Below are positions 1 to 8,769 of a stretch of DNA of 64,000 nt, piece by piece (the stretch's first letter is position 1; every line of letters begins with the position of its first letter). Position numbers and translations under genes: made by a program. The stretch covers positions 3,760 to 67,759 of the forward strand of contig JACRGX010000002.1 in NCBI GenBank assembly GCA_016212185.1, written 5' to 3'. The notes under the pieces are model-generated. The model saw nothing but the letters and a program-made list of their open reading frames with translations, ran no database searches and was not told the DNA's origin. This DNA comes from Nitrospirota bacterium. Its GTDB lineage: Bacteria; Nitrospirota; Thermodesulfovibrionia; UBA6902; DSMQ01.

Positions 1-2098
1 AAACGCAGTCATTGCCACAGAAGATGCAAGATACTGGTCCCATAAAGGAATTGATTACATCGCCATCGCACGGGCGTTTTTAAAAGATACCATCTCCCTC
101 CGAATGAAGGAAGGCGGAAGCACTATAACACAGCAGCTTGCAAAGGTGATCTTTCTTGCGCCTGAGAAAACCCTTCAGAGGAAGGTCCGGGAGGTAATCC
201 TTGCATTCAGGCTTGAAAAAAACCTGTCAAAAGATGAGATACTTGAACTTTACCTAAACAGAATATACTTCGGGCACGGGGCTTATGGAATTGAAATGGC
301 GGCAAGGACATATTTCGGCAAATCCATCCCGGACATAAATCTTTCCGAGGCCGCGCTTTTAGCCGGCATAATCAAGGCGCCTAACACTTATTCGCCATAC
401 AATAATCTTGATAAGGCAAAGGAAAGACAGTACGTTGTGCTTAAAAGAATGGAGGATGCGGACTATATCTCAGAGAAAGAAATAAAAGGCGCTTATGAAA
501 AACCGCTTTATCTTTCAAGCCTGAGATATGGATATGAAGCTCCGAGTTATTTTTTTGAATACATAAGAAAATATCTTGAGGACAAATACGGCATTGAGGC
601 GGTCTATAAGGGAGGGCTCAGGGTTTATACTCCCCTTAATATGAAAATGCAGGTTGCAGCAATAAGGGCGCTGCAGGCAGGACTGCGGGATGTGGACAAA
701 AGACAGGGCTTCAGGGGACCTGCCGGGCACAAGGATATTGACCCTGAAGACATGCTGAAGGAGAACGAACCGCTCCCAAAGGTCCTGATGAACCCGGGAG
801 ATATTCTGACAGGCATAGTGCTTAAGGCATCGGCAGATGAGGCGCAGGTAAAGGCCAGGGGGATTACAGGAAAAATATTCCTCTCGGATTCTTTATGGGC
901 CAGCAGGCTCATAGACGCTAAAAGAAAAATAATCAAGGAATTTAAAAATTTCACGCTCACAGACATTTTAAAGACAGGCGATATTATAAAGGTCCGCATC
1001 AAGACACTTCAGGGCAAAGCGCCTGTTTTCCTGCTTGAACAGGAACCTGTTGTAGAGGGCGCGCTTGTCGCAATGGAGCCGTTAACAGGACATATAAAGG
1101 CAATGGCAGGCGGCTATGATTTCATGCGAAGTGAATTTAACAGGGCCGTGCAGGCAAAGAGACAGGCCGGTTCGGCTTTTAAGCCGATAATATATTCCGC
1201 ATCAATGGATAAAGGTTTCACCCCTGCAAGCATTATTATTGACGAGCCTGTAAGCTACCCGAGCGGACAGCTTGGCGACTGGCAGCCTGAGAATTATGAC
1301 CATGAATACTGGGGGGCAACTCGTTTAAGAGAAGCGCTTGCGTATTCAAGAAACATAGTGACAATAAAACTGCTTGAAAAGGTAGGCGTGGGAAATGTCA
1401 TAGAGTTTGCAAAAAATCTTGGGTTTCAGGGACCATTTCCCGAGGACTTAACGCTTGCGCTCGGCTCACTCAGCGTAAGCCCGCTTGAGATGACTTCGGC
1501 ATTTTCTGTTTTTGCAAACGAAGGCGTAAGGATGACGCCTATTGCAATAAAATACATCACAGACAGCAGCGGCGAGGTTATTGAGGAAAACAAACCGGAG
1601 GGCACTGAGGTCATTAGTCCTCAGACCGCGTTCCTCGCCACATCCATGCTTGAGGACGTTGTAAAGCACGGGACAGGCTGGAGGGCAAAGGCGCTTCAGG
1701 TGCCTGTGGCCGGAAAAACAGGCACTACCAATGAATACAGGGATGCCTGGTTTGTCGGGTACACGCCTGCGCTTTCTGCAAGCGTCTGGGTTGGGTTTGA
1801 TGATATGCGTTCACTCGGTCACGGAGAAACCGGCGCAAGGGCGGCATCACCTGCATGGGTAGCCTTTATGAAAGAGGCACTGTATGCTCAGGGTGATGAA
1901 GATACGGCAGGTGAAACATTCCGCATACCCGATGGAATCATAACAGCAGAGATTGACCCGGGCACAGGACTCCTTGCTACAAATAAAACCGACCGGATGA
2001 CTGAATTTTTTAAACAGGGCACTGCCCCTAAGGTATATTCAAAACAAGTCTCAACAGGAACTAAAAAAGAGGAAAAGAAAAATCTTGATCTGGACTAA
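1..2098 (+). CDS. mrcA: Penicillin-binding protein 1A (class A PBP, transglycosylase/transpeptidase), 5' end outside window
   Basis: Frame-2 translation from nt 2 reads AVIATEDARYWSHKGIDY before the first in-window Met. GT51 motifs (EDxxF, GGSTITQQLAK, RKxxE) and transpeptidase motifs SAFKP, SRN and KTGT are present. Confidence 0.9.
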   Translation, partial: NAVIATEDARYWSHKGIDYIAIARAFLKDTISLRMKEGGSTITQQLAKVIFLAPEKTLQRKVREVILAFRLEKNLSKDEILELYLNRIYFGHGAYGIEMAARTYFGKSIPDINLSEAALLAGIIKAPNTYSPYNNLDKAKERQYVVLKRMEDADYISEKEIKGAYEKPLYLSSLRYGYEAPSYFFEYIRKYLEDKYGIEAVYKGGLRVYTPLNMKMQVAAIRALQAGLRDVDKRQGFRGPAGHKDIDPEDMLKENEPLPKVLMNPGDILTGIVLKASADEAQVKARGITGKIFLSDSLWASRLIDAKRKIIKEFKNFTLTDILKTGDIIKVRIKTLQGKAPVFLLEQEPVVEGALVAMEPLTGHIKAMAGGYDFMRSEFNRAVQAKRQAGSAFKPIIYSASMDKGFTPASIIIDEPVSYPSGQLGDWQPENYDHEYWGATRLREALAYSRNIVTIKLLEKVGVGNVIEFAKNLGFQGPFPEDLTLALGSLSVSPLEMTSAFSVFANEGVRMTPIAIKYITDSSGEVIEENKPEGTEVISPQTAFLATSMLEDVVKHGTGWRAKALQVPVAGKTGTTNEYRDAWFVGYTPALSASVWVGFDDMRSLGHGETGARAASPAWVAFMKEALYAQGDEDTAGETFRIPDGIITAEIDPGTGLLATNKTDRMTEFFKQGTAPKVYSKQVSTGTKKEEKKNLDLD

Positions 2099-2264
2099 AC
2101 AGCAGGAAAGAACCTCCCTGCAACATGCTGATGGGTATCTAAAATCTCCCCTCCCCTTGCGGGAGGGGACTAAGGGGAGGGGGAAGAATTTTCATAACCA
2201 CCCCCACCCTAACCCTCCCCCGTCAAGGGGGAGGGAAGTAGTTTAAGGAGGAAGAACTTAAACA

Positions 2265-3308
2265 ATGCGTCTTTCACAGCTTGGCGAGTTTAATCTCATA
2301 AAAAAACTCAGGATGTCTTCAGCAAGCGCTGCGCCTGAAATTCTTAAAGGCATCGGCGATGATACGGCGGCCGTAAAAATCCGCGGAGGCATAACGCTTA
2401 TTACCACTGATATGCTCATTGAGGGCATACACTTTGACCTTTCATTTACAACATTCTACCAGCTTGGATACAAGGCATTAGCCGTAAACATTAGCGATAT
2501 ACTTGCAATGGGCGGGAAGCCAAAGTATTTTCTTGTGGGTCTTGCGGCGCCCGGGCACTTCACATCAAACCATATTGATGAATTATATGCAGGCATGAGA
2601 GCGCTCGCAAATAAATTTAAAATAAATATCATAGGCGGCGATACGTGCGCCTCAAAACACGGACTCATAATCAGCGGAACCTTAATCGGCAAATGCAATA
2701 AAATAATTCCACGCTCAGGCGCAAAGACGGGAGACGCCATTTTCGTAACAAAGACGCTCGGGGACTCAGCTATGGGGCTTTTGTTACTGAAAAAATTCAA
2801 ATTTCATCCCGACTTATTCGGGACAAATTTCAAAATTAGCGATGCAAAATGCAAAATTAGTAATAATAAATTCACGGTACGCTCTATTTTACCTTTACTT
2901 AAGCGGCACCTCCAGCCTGAAATTGCACCGGTAAAAAATACCAAAGGCATAAACTCCATGATTGATATTAGCGACGGACTTCTGATAGATTTAAGTCACA
3001 TATGCGATGAAAGCAAAACAGGCGCAAGGATATATCTGGACCAAATACCTGTCTCAGGGGAACTCGCCGGGACTGCCAAAAAACTGAAGGTAAACCCAAT
3101 GGGCTTTGCCTTAAAAGGCGGAGAAGACTATGCCCTGCTTTTTACTGCACCGGCAAGTTTTAAGACAAATGCGTTCAGAATAGGCGAGATAATTTCCGGG
3201 GAGAGATTTGTCGTTCATCCTGACGGCAGGGAAAAAGCATTCAAACCGGAAGGATATGAACATTTTAAAGAAGGGGGCAAGAAGTCAACCGGTAAAAAAT
3301 TCAAGTAA
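2265..3308 (+). CDS. thiL: Thiamine-monophosphate kinase (AIR-synthase-related fold)
   Basis: GEFNLIKKL...GIGDDTAAV...LITTDMLIEGIHFD...KALAVNISDILAMGG matches the ThiL signature. Confidence 0.75.
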   Translation: MRLSQLGEFNLIKKLRMSSASAAPEILKGIGDDTAAVKIRGGITLITTDMLIEGIHFDLSFTTFYQLGYKALAVNISDILAMGGKPKYFLVGLAAPGHFTSNHIDELYAGMRALANKFKINIIGGDTCASKHGLIISGTLIGKCNKIIPRSGAKTGDAIFVTKTLGDSAMGLLLLKKFKFHPDLFGTNFKISDAKCKISNNKFTVRSILPLLKRHLQPEIAPVKNTKGINSMIDISDGLLIDLSHICDESKTGARIYLDQIPVSGELAGTAKKLKVNPMGFALKGGEDYALLFTAPASFKTNAFRIGEIISGERFVVHPDGREKAFKPEGYEHFKEGGKKSTGKKFK

Positions 3309-3373
3309 AAATTATCAATTATCATTGAAAATTGATAAATGTTAATTTTGCATTTTGCAATGAAAGAAACACT

Positions 3374-3823
3374 ATGGCATTTAGAGATAAATTAAAACAA
3401 ATTTTTTATATTAACGATACGCCGCACCGCATTGCGCTGTCATTTTCTATCGGCATATTTATGGGAATATCGCCTTTTCTGGGGCTGCACACGGTAGGCG
3501 CTATTTTTCTGGCGTGGGTATTCCGTCTGAATAAGCTTGTCGCATTTGCAGGAGTAGCCATGCTGAACCCGTGGACACTTGTTCCTGTATATTCCTTATG
3601 CCTGTGGGTCGGGGCTAAATTAACCGGGGTAAAACAAATAATTCCTGATATTGACTGGGCTGATTTAACTATTCTCACTTTCATGGAAAAATTAGGCTAT
3701 CTAGTAGTCCCGTTTATTGTTGGCACATTAATCATAGCGGTTATTTCAGCCTTAATTAGCTACTTCATCATTCACAAGATAGCAAGTAAATACAAACCCG
3801 CCGTGATGGAGAATAAACAATAA
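3374..3823 (+). CDS. DUF2062-family small membrane protein
   Basis: RIALSFSIGIFMGISPFLGLHT pattern with predicted TM helices. The ATG at 3374 is preferred over the TTG at 3332 used by the ORF track. Confidence 0.55.
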   Translation: MAFRDKLKQIFYINDTPHRIALSFSIGIFMGISPFLGLHTVGAIFLAWVFRLNKLVAFAGVAMLNPWTLVPVYSLCLWVGAKLTGVKQIIPDIDWADLTILTFMEKLGYLVVPFIVGTLIIAVISALISYFIIHKIASKYKPAVMENKQ

Positions 3824-3825
3824 CT

Positions 3826-4662
3826 ATGCCTCACCGACTTACCAGACTGCATGTCCTGCTCTTCATTCTTACATCCATAACTACCCTTATGGCAGGCGCA
3901 CTGATGCAGGGAATTGTGCCATGGGAAAAACCTGAAAAAATTTATCTCGGTTTTCCGTTTTCAATATCAATCATGACTATCCTGATAGCGCATGAACTTT
4001 CCCATTATTTCATATCGCGCAGGCATAATGTATCCGTCACACTGCCTTATTTCATACCGGCGCCTTCAATGATAGGGACTTTCGGCGCAATTATAAAAAT
4101 GTCGCCTCCAATTTACGACAAGCGCTCCCTTATTGACATCGGGGCCGCAGGGCCTATTGGAGGATTTATAGTTGCTGTAGCCGCTGTGATAATCGGGCTT
4201 AACTATTCGGAAATCATACCTTTAGGACTGGCAAAAGGCGGTTTTTCGTTAGGCGGTTCAATACTATTTTCATTCCTGTCAAAAACAATCTTGCGAATAG
4301 ACCCGGAAAAATATGATATCCTGCTTCACCCCATTGCCTTTGCAGGCTGGATCGGACTTTTCATTACATCAATAAATTTACTGCCTGTGGGACAGCTTGA
4401 CGGAGGACACATTGCATATGCGGTTTTTGGGGAAAAGCACAGATGGATCACCACCCTCGTAATAATTGTCCTGTTTATCCTCGGGCTGACTTACTGGGAA
4501 GGCTGGATGATGTGGGCTGTTTTGCTGACTTTAATAAGCCGCAGTCATCCGCCGGTGGTTTATCCTGAAATACAGCTTGACAGAAAACGAAAACTCATAG
4601 GCCTGGCGTCATTTCTCATCTTCATAATAACCTTTATCCCCTTGCCCTTCAGAGACATGTAG
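3826..4662 (+). CDS. Site-2 protease / M50-family membrane metalloprotease
   Basis: HELSHYF (HExxH) and NLLPVGQLDGGH (LDG motif); polytopic. Confidence 0.8.
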   Translation: MPHRLTRLHVLLFILTSITTLMAGALMQGIVPWEKPEKIYLGFPFSISIMTILIAHELSHYFISRRHNVSVTLPYFIPAPSMIGTFGAIIKMSPPIYDKRSLIDIGAAGPIGGFIVAVAAVIIGLNYSEIIPLGLAKGGFSLGGSILFSFLSKTILRIDPEKYDILLHPIAFAGWIGLFITSINLLPVGQLDGGHIAYAVFGEKHRWITTLVIIVLFILGLTYWEGWMMWAVLLTLISRSHPPVVYPEIQLDRKRKLIGLASFLIFIITFIPLPFRDM

Positions 4663-4703
4663 GATGAAAATAGATTTTTATATCTGCTATAATCATGCTG
4701 TAA

Positions 4704-5336
4704 ATGAAAACAGCCGCTTTAATTATTTTTGCCAAGACCCCGATTCCGGGCAAAGTGAAGACAAGACTCCAGCCTGATATTTCTCCTGAGGAAGGACTGA
4801 AAATCTATAAGTCTTTTGTCAGAGAAATAGCCGGCAGATGTTCAAAATTAAAAGGCGTTGATAAATTTTTAGGCTGTGCTCCCACGAAAGATGATGATTT
4901 TTTGAAAGGGCTTGCCGCAACGCATTGGTTTGAAATGTTTAATCAACGGGGGAAGGACCTTGGCGCAAGGATACTTAATGCCTTTAAAGACCATTTTAAA
5001 AAAGGCTATAAAAAGGTAATTATAATCGGCACTGACAGCCCTACAATACCGGTTAAATTCATAAAAAAGGCCTTTTCCGAACTGGATAAGAATGATTTTG
5101 TCCTCGGTCCATGCTGTGACGGCGGTTATTATCTAATCGGGGCAAGGAAGGTCTTTCCAAAGGTTTTTGACAATATTCCATGGGATACCAGCGAGGTGCT
5201 GATTAAAACAATTGACAGATTAGACGCATCCCGCATTAAATTTTTCCTGCTTCCTTTCTGGTATGACGTGGACACTATTAAAGACCTCCGCTTCTTTAAA
5301 AAGCATCTGAAGTACCTGGGAAAGCAGCAAACATAA
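4704..5336 (+). CDS. DUF2064-family nucleotidyltransferase-fold 'transferase'
   Basis: AALIIFAKTPIPGKVKTRL N-terminus, typical of DUF2064 / CofC-like proteins. Confidence 0.6.
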   Translation: MKTAALIIFAKTPIPGKVKTRLQPDISPEEGLKIYKSFVREIAGRCSKLKGVDKFLGCAPTKDDDFLKGLAATHWFEMFNQRGKDLGARILNAFKDHFKKGYKKVIIIGTDSPTIPVKFIKKAFSELDKNDFVLGPCCDGGYYLIGARKVFPKVFDNIPWDTSEVLIKTIDRLDASRIKFFLLPFWYDVDTIKDLRFFKKHLKYLGKQQT

Positions 5337-5387
5337 TCGCGCCTCATTTTAATATCTAATAACTAAATTTCAAATTTAAATAATCAT

Positions 5388-5416
5388 AGTTATTTCCTTG
5401 ACAGTAAATGCAGAAA
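5388..5416 (+). promoter_or_regulatory. Putative sigma70-type promoter: TTGACA, 17-nt spacer, TATTCT
   Basis: Consensus -35 at 5388..5393, 17-nt spacer, 4/6 -10 at 5411..5416, about 75 nt upstream of the GT2 start. Confidence 0.35.
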
Positions 5417-5491
5417 GCAGTATTCTATTAAGCTGTTAAACTGCAATTTAATTGTATAAGATTTTCAATGTAAGGATTTAATTACGGCAGT

Positions 5492-7006
5492 ATGCTTCTT
5501 TATTTATTTATAGCGATTTATTTTTGTATCCTGATAAGCGTATTTATCTACGCCGCCCACCGCTATTATATGGTGTACCTTTATTATAAACACCAGAAAA
5601 ACAAACCGGTCTCAAATGGAAAATTAACGCCTCTGCCGCATGTGACAATACAGCTTCCTTTATTTAATGAAATGTATGTGGTGAAGCGGCTGATTACGGC
5701 ATCCTGCGAAATTGACTATCCGAAAGAGCTGCTGGATATTCAGGTTCTTGACGACTCCACTGATGAGACTGTAATGATTGCACAAGAATGTGTCGGCGAA
5801 TTTGAAAAACAGGGGTATGACATTAATTATATTCATCGCAGCCGGAGGGATGGCTTCAAGGCAGGCGCATTGGCAGAAGGGCTAAAGAACGCAAAGGGTG
5901 AATTCGTCGCAGTATTTGACGCCGATTTTGTTCCGCAGAAGAATGTCCTGCAAAAAACCATCCATTATTTTTCTGACAAATCCGTAGGCATGGTGCAGAC
6001 GAGGTGGAGCTTTATAAACACAAAATACTCCCTGCTTACGAGGATACAGTCCATGATGCTTGACGGACATTTTGTGATTGAACACACGGCACGGAACTGG
6101 TCAGGCAGATTTTTTAACTTTAACGGCACGGCAGGCGTTTGGAGAAAAAAGGCGATAGAGACCGCAGGCGGATGGCAGAACGATACTCTGACAGAAGACC
6201 TGGATTTAAGCTACAGGGCGCAGTTAGCAGGATGGAAGTTCATATTTTTAAAGGATGAGACCGCCCCTTCAGAGATACCGGTAGATATTAATGGATTTAA
6301 GACGCAGCAGCACAGATGGGCAAAAGGCTCCATACAGACGGCAAAAAAGCTGCTGCCTGCAATAATGAAAAGCAATCTTCCATGGAAGGTTAAAGTAGAA
6401 GCATTTTTCCATCTGACAAACAATATTTCCTATCTGTTTATGTTGCTGCTGGCAATGTTGATGTATCCGTCTATGGTGGCCAGGATTAATATCGGATGGT
6501 TTCATATGCTTGTGACTGATGTGCCCTTCCTCCTGGTCGCAACAGTCGGCATTTCTTTTTTTTACATGTGCTCACAGAAAGAGGCTTATAAAGACTGGAA
6601 GTCAAGACTGATTTATCTGCCGGCACTAATGTCGCTCGGCATCGGGCTGTCTGTCAATAATTCAAAGGCGGTGCTGGAGGCGCTTTTTAACCGTGAGACC
6701 GAATTTACCCGCACCCCTAAATTTAAAATTGAGGGTAAAAAGGACAAATGGGCTGATAAGAAATACAAAGGCAAGACAACTCTTATGCCGATAATTGAAC
6801 TGCTTTTGGGGTTTTATTTTACCTTTAATATATATTTTGCTTATGTTAACAAAATCTATATTTCCATACCATTTTTGATGATATTCCAGATGGGTTTTTT
6901 TTATGTTGCATTTTTATCTTTATTCCAAGTATTATTTGGACGGATGATTTTAAAATTTATGCAGTATTTTACCTCTAACATCAAGGACATAATTACGGCC
7001 CAGTAA
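5492..7006 (+). CDS. Processive family-2 glycosyltransferase (cellulose/mannan-synthase-like, multi-TM C-terminus)
   Basis: DDSTDET, DAD, QTRW and QQHRWAKG (QxxRW) motifs, with C-terminal TM helices. Confidence 0.75.
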   Translation: MLLYLFIAIYFCILISVFIYAAHRYYMVYLYYKHQKNKPVSNGKLTPLPHVTIQLPLFNEMYVVKRLITASCEIDYPKELLDIQVLDDSTDETVMIAQECVGEFEKQGYDINYIHRSRRDGFKAGALAEGLKNAKGEFVAVFDADFVPQKNVLQKTIHYFSDKSVGMVQTRWSFINTKYSLLTRIQSMMLDGHFVIEHTARNWSGRFFNFNGTAGVWRKKAIETAGGWQNDTLTEDLDLSYRAQLAGWKFIFLKDETAPSEIPVDINGFKTQQHRWAKGSIQTAKKLLPAIMKSNLPWKVKVEAFFHLTNNISYLFMLLLAMLMYPSMVARINIGWFHMLVTDVPFLLVATVGISFFYMCSQKEAYKDWKSRLIYLPALMSLGIGLSVNNSKAVLEALFNRETEFTRTPKFKIEGKKDKWADKKYKGKTTLMPIIELLLGFYFTFNIYFAYVNKIYISIPFLMIFQMGFFYVAFLSLFQVLFGRMILKFMQYFTSNIKDIITAQ

Positions 7007-7069
7007 AAAGTGTAGAAAATAAATAATTTACTTGTTATATTAGATAACTTATATTTTCCGGAGGGGAAC

Positions 7070-8041
7070 ATGACAAAAAAGCTTATAATTGTTTTTATCA
7101 GTTTATTAAGCAGTATTATTTTTATTGCAAATGATTCTTTTGCAGGATGGACGCAGGCAAAAGGTCATGCCTATAACCAGTTGACTTATGGCTATTACGT
7201 CTCAAGCCATAAATACACCTCTCTTGAGACAAGGAATGATGTTGCCGTAGGCGCAACCAAGGGCAAGGAACGGATTGAGGCTTCTAAATTTGTATCGCGA
7301 AGCATTACTTATTATGGAGAATACGGACTTATTGATTCACTTACAATCTTTACCACAATCCCTTTGAAAGAGACGATATCGGCAGATACTATTAAGTATT
7401 CCGGGGAACGGGGCCCGAGCGGAATAGGCGATATAGATTTGGGTCTAAGATACAATCTTATGCAGAGTCTTGGAGGCGGACCGCTGTCACTGCAAGGCAC
7501 GGTGAAGATCCCCGAGGCATATAAATACGGCAATCCCTTGGAGTCATTAAGTTTAGGCGACGGCCAGTATGATGCAACGCTGGCTCTGCTCTATGGCAGA
7601 GGGTTAGGAAAAGGTTATGCCGTATTCAACGGAGGATATAAATATCGTTTTGAGAATCGTAAATACTATGCCTTTAAACCTTCGGATCAGATTAAGGTTT
7701 CAATAAGCGGCGGCTACCAAATTGCATCCAAGGTAGGTCTAGGAGCCATTGTAGACTGGACACGGTCTGTCGGAAATGCATATGTTTCAGATGAGATGAT
7801 AAAAGCTAATTATGCTTATGGCGGGCGCCGGTCTCAACAGGATAATGTCCTGATCAGGGATTCGCTGGGCCTTGAGCAGCAGGTTTTAAATGTGGGGGCA
7901 TCCCTGATTTACAATTTACCTTTTAAAAATACGCAGTTTGTGCTGTCCTATGCTGTTGATGTCGGCGGCGCAGGCATATTTGAAACCAATGATGCAGGAG
8001 TGGGAGAGACATATAACGCAGGATTGGTTTATACGTTTTAA
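7070..8041 (+). CDS. Secreted outer-membrane beta-barrel protein (transport-family-like)
   Basis: Signal peptide, alternating beta-strand pattern, C-terminal ...GLVYTF aromatic terminus. Confidence 0.45.
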   Translation: MTKKLIIVFISLLSSIIFIANDSFAGWTQAKGHAYNQLTYGYYVSSHKYTSLETRNDVAVGATKGKERIEASKFVSRSITYYGEYGLIDSLTIFTTIPLKETISADTIKYSGERGPSGIGDIDLGLRYNLMQSLGGGPLSLQGTVKIPEAYKYGNPLESLSLGDGQYDATLALLYGRGLGKGYAVFNGGYKYRFENRKYYAFKPSDQIKVSISGGYQIASKVGLGAIVDWTRSVGNAYVSDEMIKANYAYGGRRSQQDNVLIRDSLGLEQQVLNVGASLIYNLPFKNTQFVLSYAVDVGGAGIFETNDAGVGETYNAGLVYTF

Positions 8042-8056
8042 TTTAGATAATATTGT

Positions 8057-8088
8057 CCCGGCCTTTCATGAAATATGATGAGGCCGGG
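8057..8088 (+). terminator. Hairpin cccggcct(N16)aggccggg after the OMP gene, no T-tract
   Basis: 8-bp GC stem read directly; weak as an intrinsic terminator. Confidence 0.3.
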
Positions 8089-8111
8089 CAAATGTTCATT
8101 CCGTTTAATAA

Positions 8112-8747
8112 GTGGCTTCAATAATTAAAAAAATACCTTTTTCCCTCTTATTTGTACTGCTGCTGACAATTTTCTCCCTTTATGTTTTCAAACACAGCCA
8201 TACACTCATGGCAATTTTTTATCAGACGGTTAAACAGAATGATAAGGCTATAGCTGAATTTACAAAGGCAATCAACACTAACCCCCGGGATGCATATGCC
8301 TATTATCATTTGGGTTTAATGCTGAAGGATAAAATGGACTTTGACGGGGCTGAGGATATATATCTGAGATTGTTAAAAATTTTTCCAGAACACCCGGACG
8401 CCAATTACGACTTAGGCTATATTTACAGGGAAAAGGGGCTTTACGACAAGGCAATTGAAAGATACAGAAAAACGCTGGAGATTAATCCGAAGAATGTATA
8501 TGCGCATTATGATATGGGGTATATTTACAGGATCAACGGACGGTATGAGGAGGCGCTTAACGAGTATAAAAAAGCCTTGGAGATAGATTCAAAGCATCCT
8601 CATGCGCATTATGATACGGGATTAATCTATGAAAAATGGGGACTGAAGGATAAAGCGGAAGAAGAATTCAGGATTTACCATAAGATTACCGACCCTAATT
8701 TTATAGAAAATTTTATTAATAAGATAACAGGTAAGAAAAAAAAGTGA
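8112..8747 (+). CDS. TPR-repeat protein with N-terminal membrane anchor
   Basis: Repeated AYYxLGxxY 34-mer pattern (TPR). Confidence 0.7.
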   Translation: MASIIKKIPFSLLFVLLLTIFSLYVFKHSHTLMAIFYQTVKQNDKAIAEFTKAINTNPRDAYAYYHLGLMLKDKMDFDGAEDIYLRLLKIFPEHPDANYDLGYIYREKGLYDKAIERYRKTLEINPKNVYAHYDMGYIYRINGRYEEALNEYKKALEIDSKHPHAHYDTGLIYEKWGLKDKAEEEFRIYHKITDPNFIENFINKITGKKKK

Positions 8748-8769
8748 GGACAAATGAGTCCGGAGTTTT

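Noticed and set aside
3332-3373. TTG start of the DUF2062 ORF
   Set aside because: It lies in an AT-rich palindromic operator-like region; the ATG at 3374 matches the family N-terminus.
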